Positions 1 to 8,035 of a DNA stretch of 64,000 bases are shown one piece after another. The stretch comes from an uncultured Candidatus Saccharibacteria bacterium (GTDB lineage: Bacteria > Patescibacteriota > Minisyncoccia > Phycocordibacterales > UBA6899): contig CAYXYK010000002.1 of the NCBI GenBank assembly GCA_964469335.1, forward strand, positions 16,660-80,659, in the 5' to 3' direction. How positions within the stretch are numbered: position 1 is the first letter of the stretch; every line of letters begins with the position of its first letter. The notes under the pieces are model-generated. The model did not search any database and was not told where the DNA came from. It was given only the letters and a program-made list of their open reading frames with translations. The position numbers were made by a program, and so were the translations under genes.

Positions 1-209
1 AAACGTGCGTTCAGGATGTATGCGGTCTCCTGTGTCCGCTCGAGTGGAGAGACATACATGGTATTCGGAGTCACCATGATGGAGTCTCTTAGGTCGGCGA
101 CCATCTTTTTGCCGTCGGGGTTGAGTCCCATGTTCGGTCCTTTCGATCCCTGCAGACGGTTTTCCTTATTGAGGTCGGTTTCGCCGTGGCGAATGACTAT
201 TAAGTGCAT
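1..209 (-). CDS. Histidine phosphatase family protein (phosphoglycerate mutase-like); start codon in the window at 209, C-terminal part runs off the window edge.
   Basis: Reverse strand reads MHLIVIRHGETDLNKENRLQGSKGP..., carrying the RHG catalytic motif of histidine phosphatases. Missing from the ORF track because there is no in-window stop. TATACT lies 8 nt upstream of the ATG. Confidence 0.55.
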   Translation of the reverse strand, partial: MHLIVIRHGETDLNKENRLQGSKGPNMGLNPDGKKMVADLRDSIMVTPNTMYVSPLERTQETAYILNAR

Positions 210-226
210 TGTGTTAGTATAGCATC

Positions 227-1522
227 ATGCAAAAGACATTTTCGATGGCAGTGGAAAGGATCGCTCATGACGGAGCCGCGGAAGGCACATTCGAAGGGAA
301 AAAGGTGCATATTCACGGCATGCTTCCGGACGAAGAGGGTGTCGTCGAGGTAAGAAAAAAACAGGGTTTATTCATTGGGTCGCTCAAGGAGATCACAAAG
401 GCGTCCTCTCGTCGCAAACTTCCAGAGGAAACGCATTTCCTTTCGTGCAGCCCGTGGCAAGTGATGGAGTATCCGCTTCAGTCTGAACTCAAACATGAGC
501 TTATCTCAAAGCTATTTAATTACTACGATGACGCGCCAAAAGCGAGCTATACCCCCGCAGTCCAGTTCTATGGATATCGCACCAAGGTCGAGTTCAGTTT
601 CTGTGACAGGGAGGGAGAGAATGATATTCCGCTCTCACTCGCATTCCATGAACGCGGAGGGGGCGCGCGCAGACTTCCGCTCGAGAAAGGGTGCATGCTT
701 GCATCGGAAAGAATGAATGCCGTCGCGCTCGCTATCACCGCGAAGCTGCGTGATGCTGGCTATGTCTCTCGAGACCTCAAAACGCTTGTGGTCCGCGAAT
801 CCAAGAGCGAAGGCAAATGCATCGCGATCCTGTATGCGAAGAAGGAAGAGATCGCTGAATTTTCGGTTGAGGATGTCCCTGATCTTTCTGGATTCATGGT
901 ATTTCATTCGACTGAGAAATCTCCAGCTTCTGTGCCGACAAAATTTCTCTGGGGGAGGGGAGACGATTTCCTCACCGAAGTGATGGGGGGAGTTTCGATC
1001 CGATACTCATGGGACTCCTTTTTTCAGAACAATATCCCGGTCTTCCTTGAGGCGGTAGATATGATGAAAAAGTATGTCGGGGAGGGGAGCCGTGTGCTCG
1101 AACTTTACTCGGGCGCTGGTACCATCGGTCTTATGCTTGGTCGCGCGGGTACGAAAGTACATGCGGTGGAGATCGTTCCTGCCGCAGTAGAGTCATCGCT
1201 ACTTAATGCCGAAGTGAATGGCATCGAAGGATATACCGCGGAAGCGCTTCCGGCTGAGGCGATCGACAGGGAATTGTTGCATGCCGATGATATCCTTCTA
1301 CTGGACCCTCCGAGGGCGGGACTCCATCCGAAGCTGATTGATGCGATCAAGGAAAAACAACCAAAAAGCATCATCTATCTGTCATGCAACCCAGAAACCC
1401 AGGCTCGTGACTATTCGGAGCTTTCAGCGCTCTACAAGATCGAGGCTGTGCGGGGATTTGATTTTTACCCCCAGACCCCACACCTCGAGAGTCTGCTGAT
1501 ATTGTCATTACGGAGCAAATAA
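227..1522 (+). CDS. TRAM-domain class I SAM-dependent RNA (uracil-5)-methyltransferase, TrmA/RumA (RlmD) family.
   Basis: N-terminal TRAM-like region. SAM-binding segment LELYSGAGTIGLMLG, then LLLDPPRAGL and the IIYLSCNPETQARD motifs typical of RumA/TrmA. Confidence 0.8.
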   Translation: MQKTFSMAVERIAHDGAAEGTFEGKKVHIHGMLPDEEGVVEVRKKQGLFIGSLKEITKASSRRKLPEETHFLSCSPWQVMEYPLQSELKHELISKLFNYYDDAPKASYTPAVQFYGYRTKVEFSFCDREGENDIPLSLAFHERGGGARRLPLEKGCMLASERMNAVALAITAKLRDAGYVSRDLKTLVVRESKSEGKCIAILYAKKEEIAEFSVEDVPDLSGFMVFHSTEKSPASVPTKFLWGRGDDFLTEVMGGVSIRYSWDSFFQNNIPVFLEAVDMMKKYVGEGSRVLELYSGAGTIGLMLGRAGTKVHAVEIVPAAVESSLLNAEVNGIEGYTAEALPAEAIDRELLHADDILLLDPPRAGLHPKLIDAIKEKQPKSIIYLSCNPETQARDYSELSALYKIEAVRGFDFYPQTPHLESLLILSLRSK

Positions 1523-1614
1523 TGTAGATTACCCCTATGAATAAGAAAGAAAAACACGCTGGACGCAAGAAGGCAAAACGAGCTGGGAAAAACGTCGCGA
1601 CCCGCATGCGCTAA

Positions 1615-1654
1615 GCAAAAGAAAGACCGCTCACTCGAGCGGTCTTTCTTTTTA
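1615..1654. terminator. Bidirectional rho-independent terminator.
   Basis: 10 bp stem aagaccgctc/gagcggtctt flanked by an A-run and a T-run (aaaagaaagaccgctcactcgagcggtctttcttttt). Lies between convergent genes. Confidence 0.7.
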
Positions 1655-1891
1655 TGATTTCTTTAATTTTCCGCTGAGGCTGAGTATTGCCACCAAAATC
1701 CACACCACTTGGAGAGTGAATGCTGCCCAAGCTCCGGTGTGGTAAACGCTCGCCCCGACGAGGAGTGAACCAAGGATATTGAGCACCTCGTCGATCTTGG
1801 TATGCGGTCCCCATTTGCCGGTGGTAACGAAATAATAGGTGACGACAATGAGTACCATCCCGATCCATCCGCATATAGAAAAGATATCCAT
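1652..1891 (-). CDS. Small integral membrane protein (79 aa, two predicted TM helices).
   Basis: Hydrophobic segments GWIGMVLIVVTYYFV and AFTLQVVWILVAILSL. TATAAT sits 6 nt upstream of the ATG on the minus strand. Confidence 0.5.
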   Translation of the reverse strand: MDIFSICGWIGMVLIVVTYYFVTTGKWGPHTKIDEVLNILGSLLVGASVYHTGAWAAFTLQVVWILVAILSLSGKLKKS

Positions 1892-2060
1892 GGAATAATT
1901 ATACTATAAAACATTTCCTTCAAAATATATTCGCGAGCTAGCAAAAGGTTCAGATTTGGATGAAGTTCAAGGAGTGAAGGAGAGATGCCCTTGAGGTGTA
2001 CGAATTGTACTCCGAAAGGGTTCTCGCCGCGCACGACGAAGAAATTCGCCAAATCTGGAA

Positions 2061-2831
2061 CTATTTGCGCAGGATAAGAAATCGAACTTGGTCGTACTGG
2101 TCGAACCAAAACTCATGCTTCCACGACTTCCCGACGAGAAGTTCTTCGATCCACTCCTTCTGGTGGGCATCGCATTCGATATAGAAGGTCCCGCCGTCAT
2201 GTAAGTACTGCGCACCGGTATCGATGATGAGCTTCACATAGTCGAGTCCGCGCTCACCTGCGAACAGGGAAAGATGCGGCTCGTAATTGATCACACTCGC
2301 ATCCATCTCAGGTATCGCCTTCGGGTCGATGTACGGAGGGTTCGCGAAGATAGCATCATATGTACCGGTAAGTCCCCCGAGTGCGTCCGCCTGCATGCAT
2401 GGTCCGCGCTCTGCTTCGATGCCGTTCAGCTTCACATTGATCCGTAGTTGCTCGGTCAGTTTCGGGTCGTATTCAGAAAGTTCGACCGTCGCATTGGGGA
2501 GGTGTTTGAGGAGTGCGACACCGATACAGCCAGAGCCAGAGAATGTGTCTGCGAGACGAAGATTCTCCTTGCCAAGCGCTTTGAGTTCCTTGACTGCGCG
2601 CTCGACCCAGAACTCGGTCTCGGGGCGGGGGATCATCGGGTGCAGCGATACGTCGATCTTACAGCCATAGAAGGGTATCCAGCCGATCACATAGGCCAAG
2701 GGCTCTGCCTTCTTGAGTCTTTCGACATCGGCATGGAATTCGGGAGTTTCGACCCCGTTGTACTTTTCTTTGAGCAGCCATTCGACTTCTTTCGGATTTA
2801 CGGGTGGGAGGTCACCGGGTGCAGTAGGCAT
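2061..2831 (-). CDS. prmC: Peptide chain release factor N5-glutamine methyltransferase PrmC/HemK.
   Basis: NPPY motif (IFANPPYI), SAM-binding segment DTFSGSGCIGVALL. Start taken at MPTAPGDL, the in-frame ATG at 2831. Confidence 0.85.
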   Translation of the reverse strand: MPTAPGDLPPVNPKEVEWLLKEKYNGVETPEFHADVERLKKAEPLAYVIGWIPFYGCKIDVSLHPMIPRPETEFWVERAVKELKALGKENLRLADTFSGSGCIGVALLKHLPNATVELSEYDPKLTEQLRINVKLNGIEAERGPCMQADALGGLTGTYDAIFANPPYIDPKAIPEMDASVINYEPHLSLFAGERGLDYVKLIIDTGAQYLHDGGTFYIECDAHQKEWIEELLVGKSWKHEFWFDQYDQVRFLILRK

Positions 2832-3054
2832 AATGAAACGAGCATAACATAACTTCCGATTTTGGCGCACTACTCGGCTCCTCTTACAGAGGCGGTACAC
2901 CTTTTGGCTATTTCAGAAAATAGCTCAAAAGGTCTTGCGGCAGAGTTATCTGCCTCACCCGACAAAAGCAGGTCACCATAGAGTACTATGGCTCCCTTTG
3001 CATTTTTTCGGTCCAAGCCTTCGCATTGCGTCCAAACTCGGAAGTTATTTTTTC

Positions 3055-3399
3055 TTAATATTCAACAACCCAGACAATATCTTTCGATCCATCTTCGTTT
3101 GGAAGAATGATTCCGATTGGGTCAACCTGTTGTGATATGAGTTTTTCTAAGCCGGCATTTCCACTGATTTCTTCAGTGATGCTGGATAGTAGCAGCGATA
3201 GCTGGATAGTCTTATTGCCCTCTACTGTCAGTGATTCTAGCTCCTTAGGCGCTCTTATCACTAGTATTTCTCCTGGTGCCGTCTGAGATCCCGGATCAAA
3301 AAGTTTACGTTCGGAAAGATATACTATTGCCTCACTTCCACTAAGCGTTTTCACTTCACATACATTCGGAGCTTTTTCGTTTGGTTCATGTTCCATCAT
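3055..3399 (-). CDS. Hypothetical protein (114 aa).
   Basis: Open frame with plausible composition and lower GC (~43%). Its start lies 5 nt from the tRNA-Arg 3' end, so the exact start is uncertain. Confidence 0.35.
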   Translation of the reverse strand: MMEHEPNEKAPNVCEVKTLSGSEAIVYLSERKLFDPGSQTAPGEILVIRAPKELESLTVEGNKTIQLSLLLSSITEEISGNAGLEKLISQQVDPIGIILPNEDGSKDIVWVVEY

Positions 3400-3403
3400 A
3401 TTG

Positions 3404-3475
3404 TCCCCTCGCGTGGAATCGAACCACGATCACCTCCTTCGGAGGGAGATATCCTATCCATTGAACGACGAGGAG
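3404..3475 (-). tRNA. tRNA-Arg (anticodon CCG).
   Basis: Manual fold of the reverse strand: acceptor CTCCTCG/CGAGGGG (one G-U pair), D-arm GTTC..GGAT with GG in the loop, anticodon stem TCTCC/GGAGG, loop CTCCGAA (U33, CCG, A37), T-arm CGTGG-TTCGATT-CCACG, discriminator A, 72 nt, no encoded CCA. Confidence 0.65.
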
Positions 3476-3515
3476 TAGAGTTAGTATAAGTGCGTGCAGC
3501 GTAATTGCAAAAGCC

Positions 3516-4247
3516 TCATGGCTTGACAGTATGTCTTTGCAAGAGTTGCCAGAAGATGATCATCGGGTGGAACAGTCCCGCATACGCGAAGATGATGACC
3601 AGGAGCTCAACTTGGGTCGTTGAGGTACCACTATCTTCGACCCATTTCCAGAAAGGGAACAGATGATTCGCCAGCTCGTAACTCACTGCGACAAGGGCGA
3701 CCGTTAGCCATCCTCGTGCAAGTGTCGTGATGTCGCGATTGACGAACGCCGCGAGAATGGGTCCGACTCTTCCGCGGGTCAGCATGAGGAGTTCACCGGT
3801 TGCGACGACTGCGAATCCGCACGCGAAGAAGATCGCGATGGTTCCTTTTGGTAGAGTGAACAGCTCATATATGCTGGCGAGGAGGACGATCAAAGGTACG
3901 CTCGCGAGAATGATTGCCCGTTTTTTTGTCACTGTCGTCACTCCCTGTACTATGTAGTACGCAGTTGCGACCGCGATACCGTACGAGAGTACCCCGTTCC
4001 AGAGTAGCTGAGCAAAAGTGAGACCACATGGGCATAGTGGTGTGGCAGCCGAAGGAGTAAGTATGTAAGCGTGAGTGACAAATATCCCTCCTATCAGATC
4101 GAAAAACGTACCAAGAATGATGCCGGGCAACAAACTAAGCGCCAGGACCTTTGCGAACGAGTATCCGGACTGCGTTCTTCTTCTTGCGGCAAGGAAGATG
4201 AGAACGATACTCTGGACAACGATGATGAAAAAGAAATTGAGCGGCAT
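3516..4247 (-). CDS. Polytopic integral membrane protein of unknown function (243 aa, about 7 TM helices).
   Basis: Long hydrophobic helices throughout; no recognisable catalytic motif. Confidence 0.6.
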   Translation of the reverse strand: MPLNFFFIIVVQSIVLIFLAARRRTQSGYSFAKVLALSLLPGIILGTFFDLIGGIFVTHAYILTPSAATPLCPCGLTFAQLLWNGVLSYGIAVATAYYIVQGVTTVTKKRAIILASVPLIVLLASIYELFTLPKGTIAIFFACGFAVVATGELLMLTRGRVGPILAAFVNRDITTLARGWLTVALVAVSYELANHLFPFWKWVEDSGTSTTQVELLVIIFAYAGLFHPMIIFWQLLQRHTVKP

Positions 4248-4267
4248 GTCTTACTCGACGCGAGAGT

Positions 4268-4720
4268 TCAGCTCGCCTGTACGGTGACGAACTTCCACAA
4301 CACGATATCACCCGGTTTCAAGTAATACTTGTTCGGGATTTTCGGCTCATACGTGTTATTCACCCAGAATTGCCAGCGCTCGGTCGAGGTTCCGGTCGTG
4401 GAGACTCCATTCACTGATACCACCTTGGTGCGGTCTGCGCTTGTGGTGTACGTGATATTGCCTGTGCTTGCAACAAGATCCAGGAGGTCCATCACGGACA
4501 TTGCTTCGTGCCATGAGACAGTATTCCATGTCTTCACATTTCCGTGTCCGTCGTCGATCATCAGGTTCACTGAGGTGAGTGCTGCCGGAGTATCCGCAGT
4601 TCCTTCTCTCACGATGATCGTTTCCTTATGGAATGTACCGCCAAGTAGCGCCCCAGCAATGAGCCCGACGACGAAGATTGCGATACGCTCTTTCTTGAGT
4701 GAGTGTTTGAGGGAGTTCAT
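4268..4720 (-). CDS. DUF4430-domain protein, N-terminally membrane-anchored or secreted.
   Basis: N-terminal TM IAIFVVGLIAGALLGG. C-terminal pattern W.FWVNN......YYLKPGDIVLWKF typical of DUF4430. Confidence 0.6.
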   Translation of the reverse strand: MNSLKHSLKKERIAIFVVGLIAGALLGGTFHKETIIVREGTADTPAALTSVNLMIDDGHGNVKTWNTVSWHEAMSVMDLLDLVASTGNITYTTSADRTKVVSVNGVSTTGTSTERWQFWVNNTYEPKIPNKYYLKPGDIVLWKFVTVQAS

Positions 4721-4722
4721 GT

Positions 4723-5304
4723 TCAGAAAAGGACGGGAAAACTGACCTCGTTGTCATTTTCCGGGAGTCCGGACGGATTATCTCTCTTGAGGATCAGTAC
4801 TCCGCTGGTAGCGGTCGTCGTTCCCCACGTCAGTGTGGAGACGAAGGGCACGGCATCTGTCGTCATCCAGTCTCCCTGTGCCTGTGCGGGGGATTCAGCA
4901 AGAACGTTCCCGTTCGCATCCTTCAGAATGACCGGGAAGCTTGCTTCGAAATACCAATTTCCAACCGCACTCCCACTTACTTTGAGTGGACTTGTTATCT
5001 GTGAATTCGAAAGCGGGGTTGTAAGTGTGGGAAGCAGAAGTGTTGTACTTGCGTTTGTCCCTACTTCTTTCTCGGGGGGTGTTTGCTCAGGAATCGCGCG
5101 AACATACGTCTTTCCGTCCGGGGTCTTGCACTGCTCAGGGTATGATTCCATCACGGGGTATCCAGCACCAACGCATGTCTCGAATGAATCGACGAGGATA
5201 TTGGCCGTCTTTGGGGAGGTGATCGCCAGATATGTTGTGCCGCCGATGGCTGCGAGTGCGAACAGGACGACCACTATGCCGAACAGATAGCTTTGTGACT
5301 TCAT
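4723..5304 (-). CDS. Gmad2 immunoglobulin-like domain protein (GerM-associated fold), N-terminal anchor.
   Basis: Pattern WYFEASFPV.L.DANGNVLA...A.GDWMT...VPF....TTATSGVLILKRDNPSGLPEND. Start at MKSQSY (ATG 5304), with TATACT 6 nt upstream and TTGAGT 16 nt further. Confidence 0.6.
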   Translation of the reverse strand: MKSQSYLFGIVVVLFALAAIGGTTYLAITSPKTANILVDSFETCVGAGYPVMESYPEQCKTPDGKTYVRAIPEQTPPEKEVGTNASTTLLLPTLTTPLSNSQITSPLKVSGSAVGNWYFEASFPVILKDANGNVLAESPAQAQGDWMTTDAVPFVSTLTWGTTTATSGVLILKRDNPSGLPENDNEVSFPVLF

Positions 5305-5310
5305 AATCAC

Positions 5311-5338
5311 AGTATAGCAACTCACTCTCGATACTCAA
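5311..5338 (-). promoter_or_regulatory. Sigma70-like promoter TTGAGT-N16-TATACT, 6 nt from the ATG of the Gmad2 gene (leaderless transcript predicted).
   Basis: Hexamers read on the reverse strand; -10 at 5311-5316, -35 at 5333-5338. Confidence 0.45.
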
Positions 5339-5377
5339 ATGAGACTTTTTTACTGAAAATATGGTAAAATGGGGTAT

Positions 5378-5740
5378 ATGCGAATAACACTCAAAGCAAC
5401 AAATATTACCCACACGAACGCTATCGATGCATATGTCACGAAGCGTATGCGTGACCTTGAGAAAGTGCTCGAGCCGAAGGAAAAAAGCTCCATCGCACGC
5501 ATCGATGTCGGTCTTTCGAACAAGCATCACAAAGAAGGGAAGGAGCAGTATTATGCCGAGATCACTTTTCATGTGAAAGGAAAGGACTTCCGGATCGTTT
5601 CAAAAGCATCTGATCTCTATGAGGCTATCGATACAATGAAAGAGAAGATCGTCAGAGATGTGACGAAACATCATGACCGAACTCGCACTGAGCGAAAGGC
5701 AGGTGCCCGTGAAGTGAAGCGCCGCATGGAGTCACAGTAA
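5378..5740 (+). CDS. hpf: Ribosome hibernation promoting factor (HPF/RaiA/YfiA family).
   Basis: MRITLKATNITHTNAIDAYV...ITFHVKGKDFRIVSKASDLYEAID, the sigma-54 modulation protein fold signature. Confidence 0.8.
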   Translation: MRITLKATNITHTNAIDAYVTKRMRDLEKVLEPKEKSSIARIDVGLSNKHHKEGKEQYYAEITFHVKGKDFRIVSKASDLYEAIDTMKEKIVRDVTKHHDRTRTERKAGAREVKRRMESQ

Positions 5741-5741
5741 T

Positions 5742-5993
5742 ATGGCAAGACTCGGAGTTGCACGTTCAGGGCTGGACTCGTTCGTCTATTGGGCGACCTT
5801 TGTCTTGCTTTCATGTTTCGTGACTTTTTTCCTCAATACGATGGTAGAACTTGCGAACTCTGAGCAGCATCAGTACGACACTTCCGTTCGTCTCGACGGG
5901 GCAAAGATGAGTTCCGTTATAAAAGCACATCGCGCCTCTTCGACGCCGGAGTCTGAGACAGATGCAGCATCGTTTGATATCTCCGGAGAGTGA
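5742..5993 (+). CDS. Possible small membrane protein (83 aa).
   Basis: Starts 2 nt after the hpf stop. Hydrophobic stretch FVYWATFVLLSCFVTFFL. Weak support. Confidence 0.25.
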   Translation: MARLGVARSGLDSFVYWATFVLLSCFVTFFLNTMVELANSEQHQYDTSVRLDGAKMSSVIKAHRASSTPESETDAASFDISGE

Positions 5994-6000
5994 TTGTTGC

Positions 6001-6873
6001 TCACTTCGCTCCGCGAAGGAAATCTTCATAAGACATTTCCTTCTTGCCTTCGGGGACGACACGGAGGATGGTCAGTGCTCCGTTCCTGTATTCCGCATTT
6101 GTGATCTTCACTCGGATCTCCTTCCCGTTCCGTTCGAGAAAGAAATATGCACCGGGCCATTCGTCATATGCCCGTATCTTTTTGTAGTTGAATAGTGGGT
6201 CAGCGGAGAGGTCGATCAAGCCGTCTTCCTTGGTTATCTTCTTGGTGAAAGTCGCGCGCGAGTGGTCTTGGGGGAAGGCTTTGAGGCCGTTCAGCCATTC
6301 GGGGATGATCTCCGCGAGCAGTTTCCCGCCGAAATGTGCGAGGTCACGCGTCAGCTCACTTCCGCGCGGAGGCCAGTTTGCGATGATACGTTCACGTTGT
6401 GCGATGACTGGTCCGTGGTCCATTTCCTCATCAAGCTGCATGATGGTGACGCCGGTCCGTGTCTCGTCAGAAAGTATCGCCGACTCGATCGGAGATGAAC
6501 CGCGAAATTTCGGAAGAAGCGACGGATGTACGTTGATGACACCGTGAGTGGGGATATCAAGTATCGTTTTTGGGATGATTTTTCCATATGCAGCGACGAC
6601 GAACAGATGTGCTTCTTCTTTTTGTAAGAGTGTAGTGATCTCTTCGTTCTTGAGGGTGGTCGGAGTGATGACTGGTATGTCATGCGTCTTTCCCCATACC
6701 TCTACCTCGCTCGGAGTAAGGACAAGTTTCCTTCCTTTCGGCTTTGGGGGGGCGGTAACGATGAGCGTAGGAAGGTATCCCGCTGCCTCGAGTTCGTCGA
6801 GTATGATCGCGGCGAACTCGGGTGTGCCGAAATAGACGAAGCGCACATTGTTGCCGAAAAGGATTTGTGACAT
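6001..6873 (-). CDS. fmt: Methionyl-tRNA formyltransferase.
   Basis: VVAAYGKIIP...HGVINVHPSLLPKFRGSSPI formyltransferase core, plus a C-terminal domain. Confidence 0.9.
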   Translation of the reverse strand: MSQILFGNNVRFVYFGTPEFAAIILDELEAAGYLPTLIVTAPPKPKGRKLVLTPSEVEVWGKTHDIPVITPTTLKNEEITTLLQKEEAHLFVVAAYGKIIPKTILDIPTHGVINVHPSLLPKFRGSSPIESAILSDETRTGVTIMQLDEEMDHGPVIAQRERIIANWPPRGSELTRDLAHFGGKLLAEIIPEWLNGLKAFPQDHSRATFTKKITKEDGLIDLSADPLFNYKKIRAYDEWPGAYFFLERNGKEIRVKITNAEYRNGALTILRVVPEGKKEMSYEDFLRGAK

Positions 6874-6878
6874 AGCAG

Positions 6879-7463
6879 CTATTTCTTAGTGCTTTGATTC
6901 TGTATCCGGGCGATCTCCTCCTGTGTAAGCTCTTCGATCTCGGTCGCATGATCGATGAACAGGATACCGTTGAGGTGATCGGTCTCGTGCTGGAATATCT
7001 GTGCGATCAGGCCAGAGCCGCCATACGTGAATGACTTCCCGTTCTCGTCGACCCCGCGTACGGTCGCTTTCTCGTGCCGCATGGTGTTGCCGTAGAGCCA
7101 ACGTACCGAAAGGCAACCCTCAGGCACCTTCACTTTTTTCCTTGAGAGTTTGGTGATCTCGGGATTGATGACCACCATATCCTTTTCTTCGACCTTCTTC
7201 GCATCATGATCCGCTCCTTCTTCATTCTCGAGTTCGAATGCGCGATGCGAGACGATGAAGATGGCAAGCGGAACTCCGATCTGTGGTGCTGCGATGGCAA
7301 CGCCGTCGCCCTCGCGATCGAGTGCGACTTTCATTCGCAAAAGGATGTCTTGCAGTTTCTTTGAGCCGATATCTTTCAGATCGACTTTTTGCGCTACGCC
7401 GCGCAGGACCGGGTCACCATTCTGCACGATCGTCGTTCCGTCTTTGTCTTTCATTATCGCCAT
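6879..7463 (-). CDS. def: Peptide deformylase.
   Basis: Motifs GVAIAAPQIG, EGCLS and QHETDHLNG. Start taken at MAIMKDKDG (ATG 7463); the ORF track extends 17 codons further. Confidence 0.9.
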   Translation of the reverse strand: MAIMKDKDGTTIVQNGDPVLRGVAQKVDLKDIGSKKLQDILLRMKVALDREGDGVAIAAPQIGVPLAIFIVSHRAFELENEEGADHDAKKVEEKDMVVINPEITKLSRKKVKVPEGCLSVRWLYGNTMRHEKATVRGVDENGKSFTYGGSGLIAQIFQHETDHLNGILFIDHATEIEELTQEEIARIQNQSTKK

Positions 7464-7545
7464 TCTACAGAATTTACCGATTCTCGCTAGCGAAGGATAA
7501 AAAACCGCCCCCATCAGTGTGTGGGGGTCGGTGATCCGAACGTGC

Positions 7546-7974
7546 TCATGCGAACAGTCGCCAGTGGCCGCTCATGTCCTTCGCAAGGGTGAGGACGATC
7601 CCGCCGCTCGATGAGATCGGGAACTTCCGTGCGATGATCTTTGCCGCCTTCGGGAATCTTCGCTCGACCAGGTCGAGGGGAATGCTTTTCACTCTCGGTT
7701 GGGTGAATCCGCACTGGACGAGCTCGTCCAGGATCTCACGGAAGCGCCCTCCGTCGTTGCCGCGCGCGATGTTCGTGATCCGCGCCCGGATCGCTTCGAA
7801 AAGTCGAGCGCTCCTTGTCCCAAGGTGGGGGAGCGTGTAGCGATCGATCGCGTGGACGAGATCTGTTTCACGGAGCGAAGGATTTTGGCCGTTGCTGACT
7901 GCATTCAATGTGCTGACAATGACCCCCGCGGCACCCCGGGGAGAAATGCCTGAGAACAGGTCGCTCTTTTCCAT
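7546..7974 (-). CDS. Hypothetical protein (142 aa) in the priA-def-fmt operon.
   Basis: Same strand, short spacers to priA and def. No recognised motif. Confidence 0.5.
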   Translation of the reverse strand: MEKSDLFSGISPRGAAGVIVSTLNAVSNGQNPSLRETDLVHAIDRYTLPHLGTRSARLFEAIRARITNIARGNDGGRFREILDELVQCGFTQPRVKSIPLDLVERRFPKAAKIIARKFPISSSGGIVLTLAKDMSGHWRLFA

Positions 7975-8035
7975 GGAGCCTCCGTAGGTTGGTTGATACT
8001 ATCCCCAGTAATACCATTTGCCCGCGAAATCGCAA

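Noticed and set aside
16-222. 68-aa plus-strand ORF at the window start.
   Set aside because: It is antisense to the well-supported histidine phosphatase gene (RHG motif) on the minus strand.
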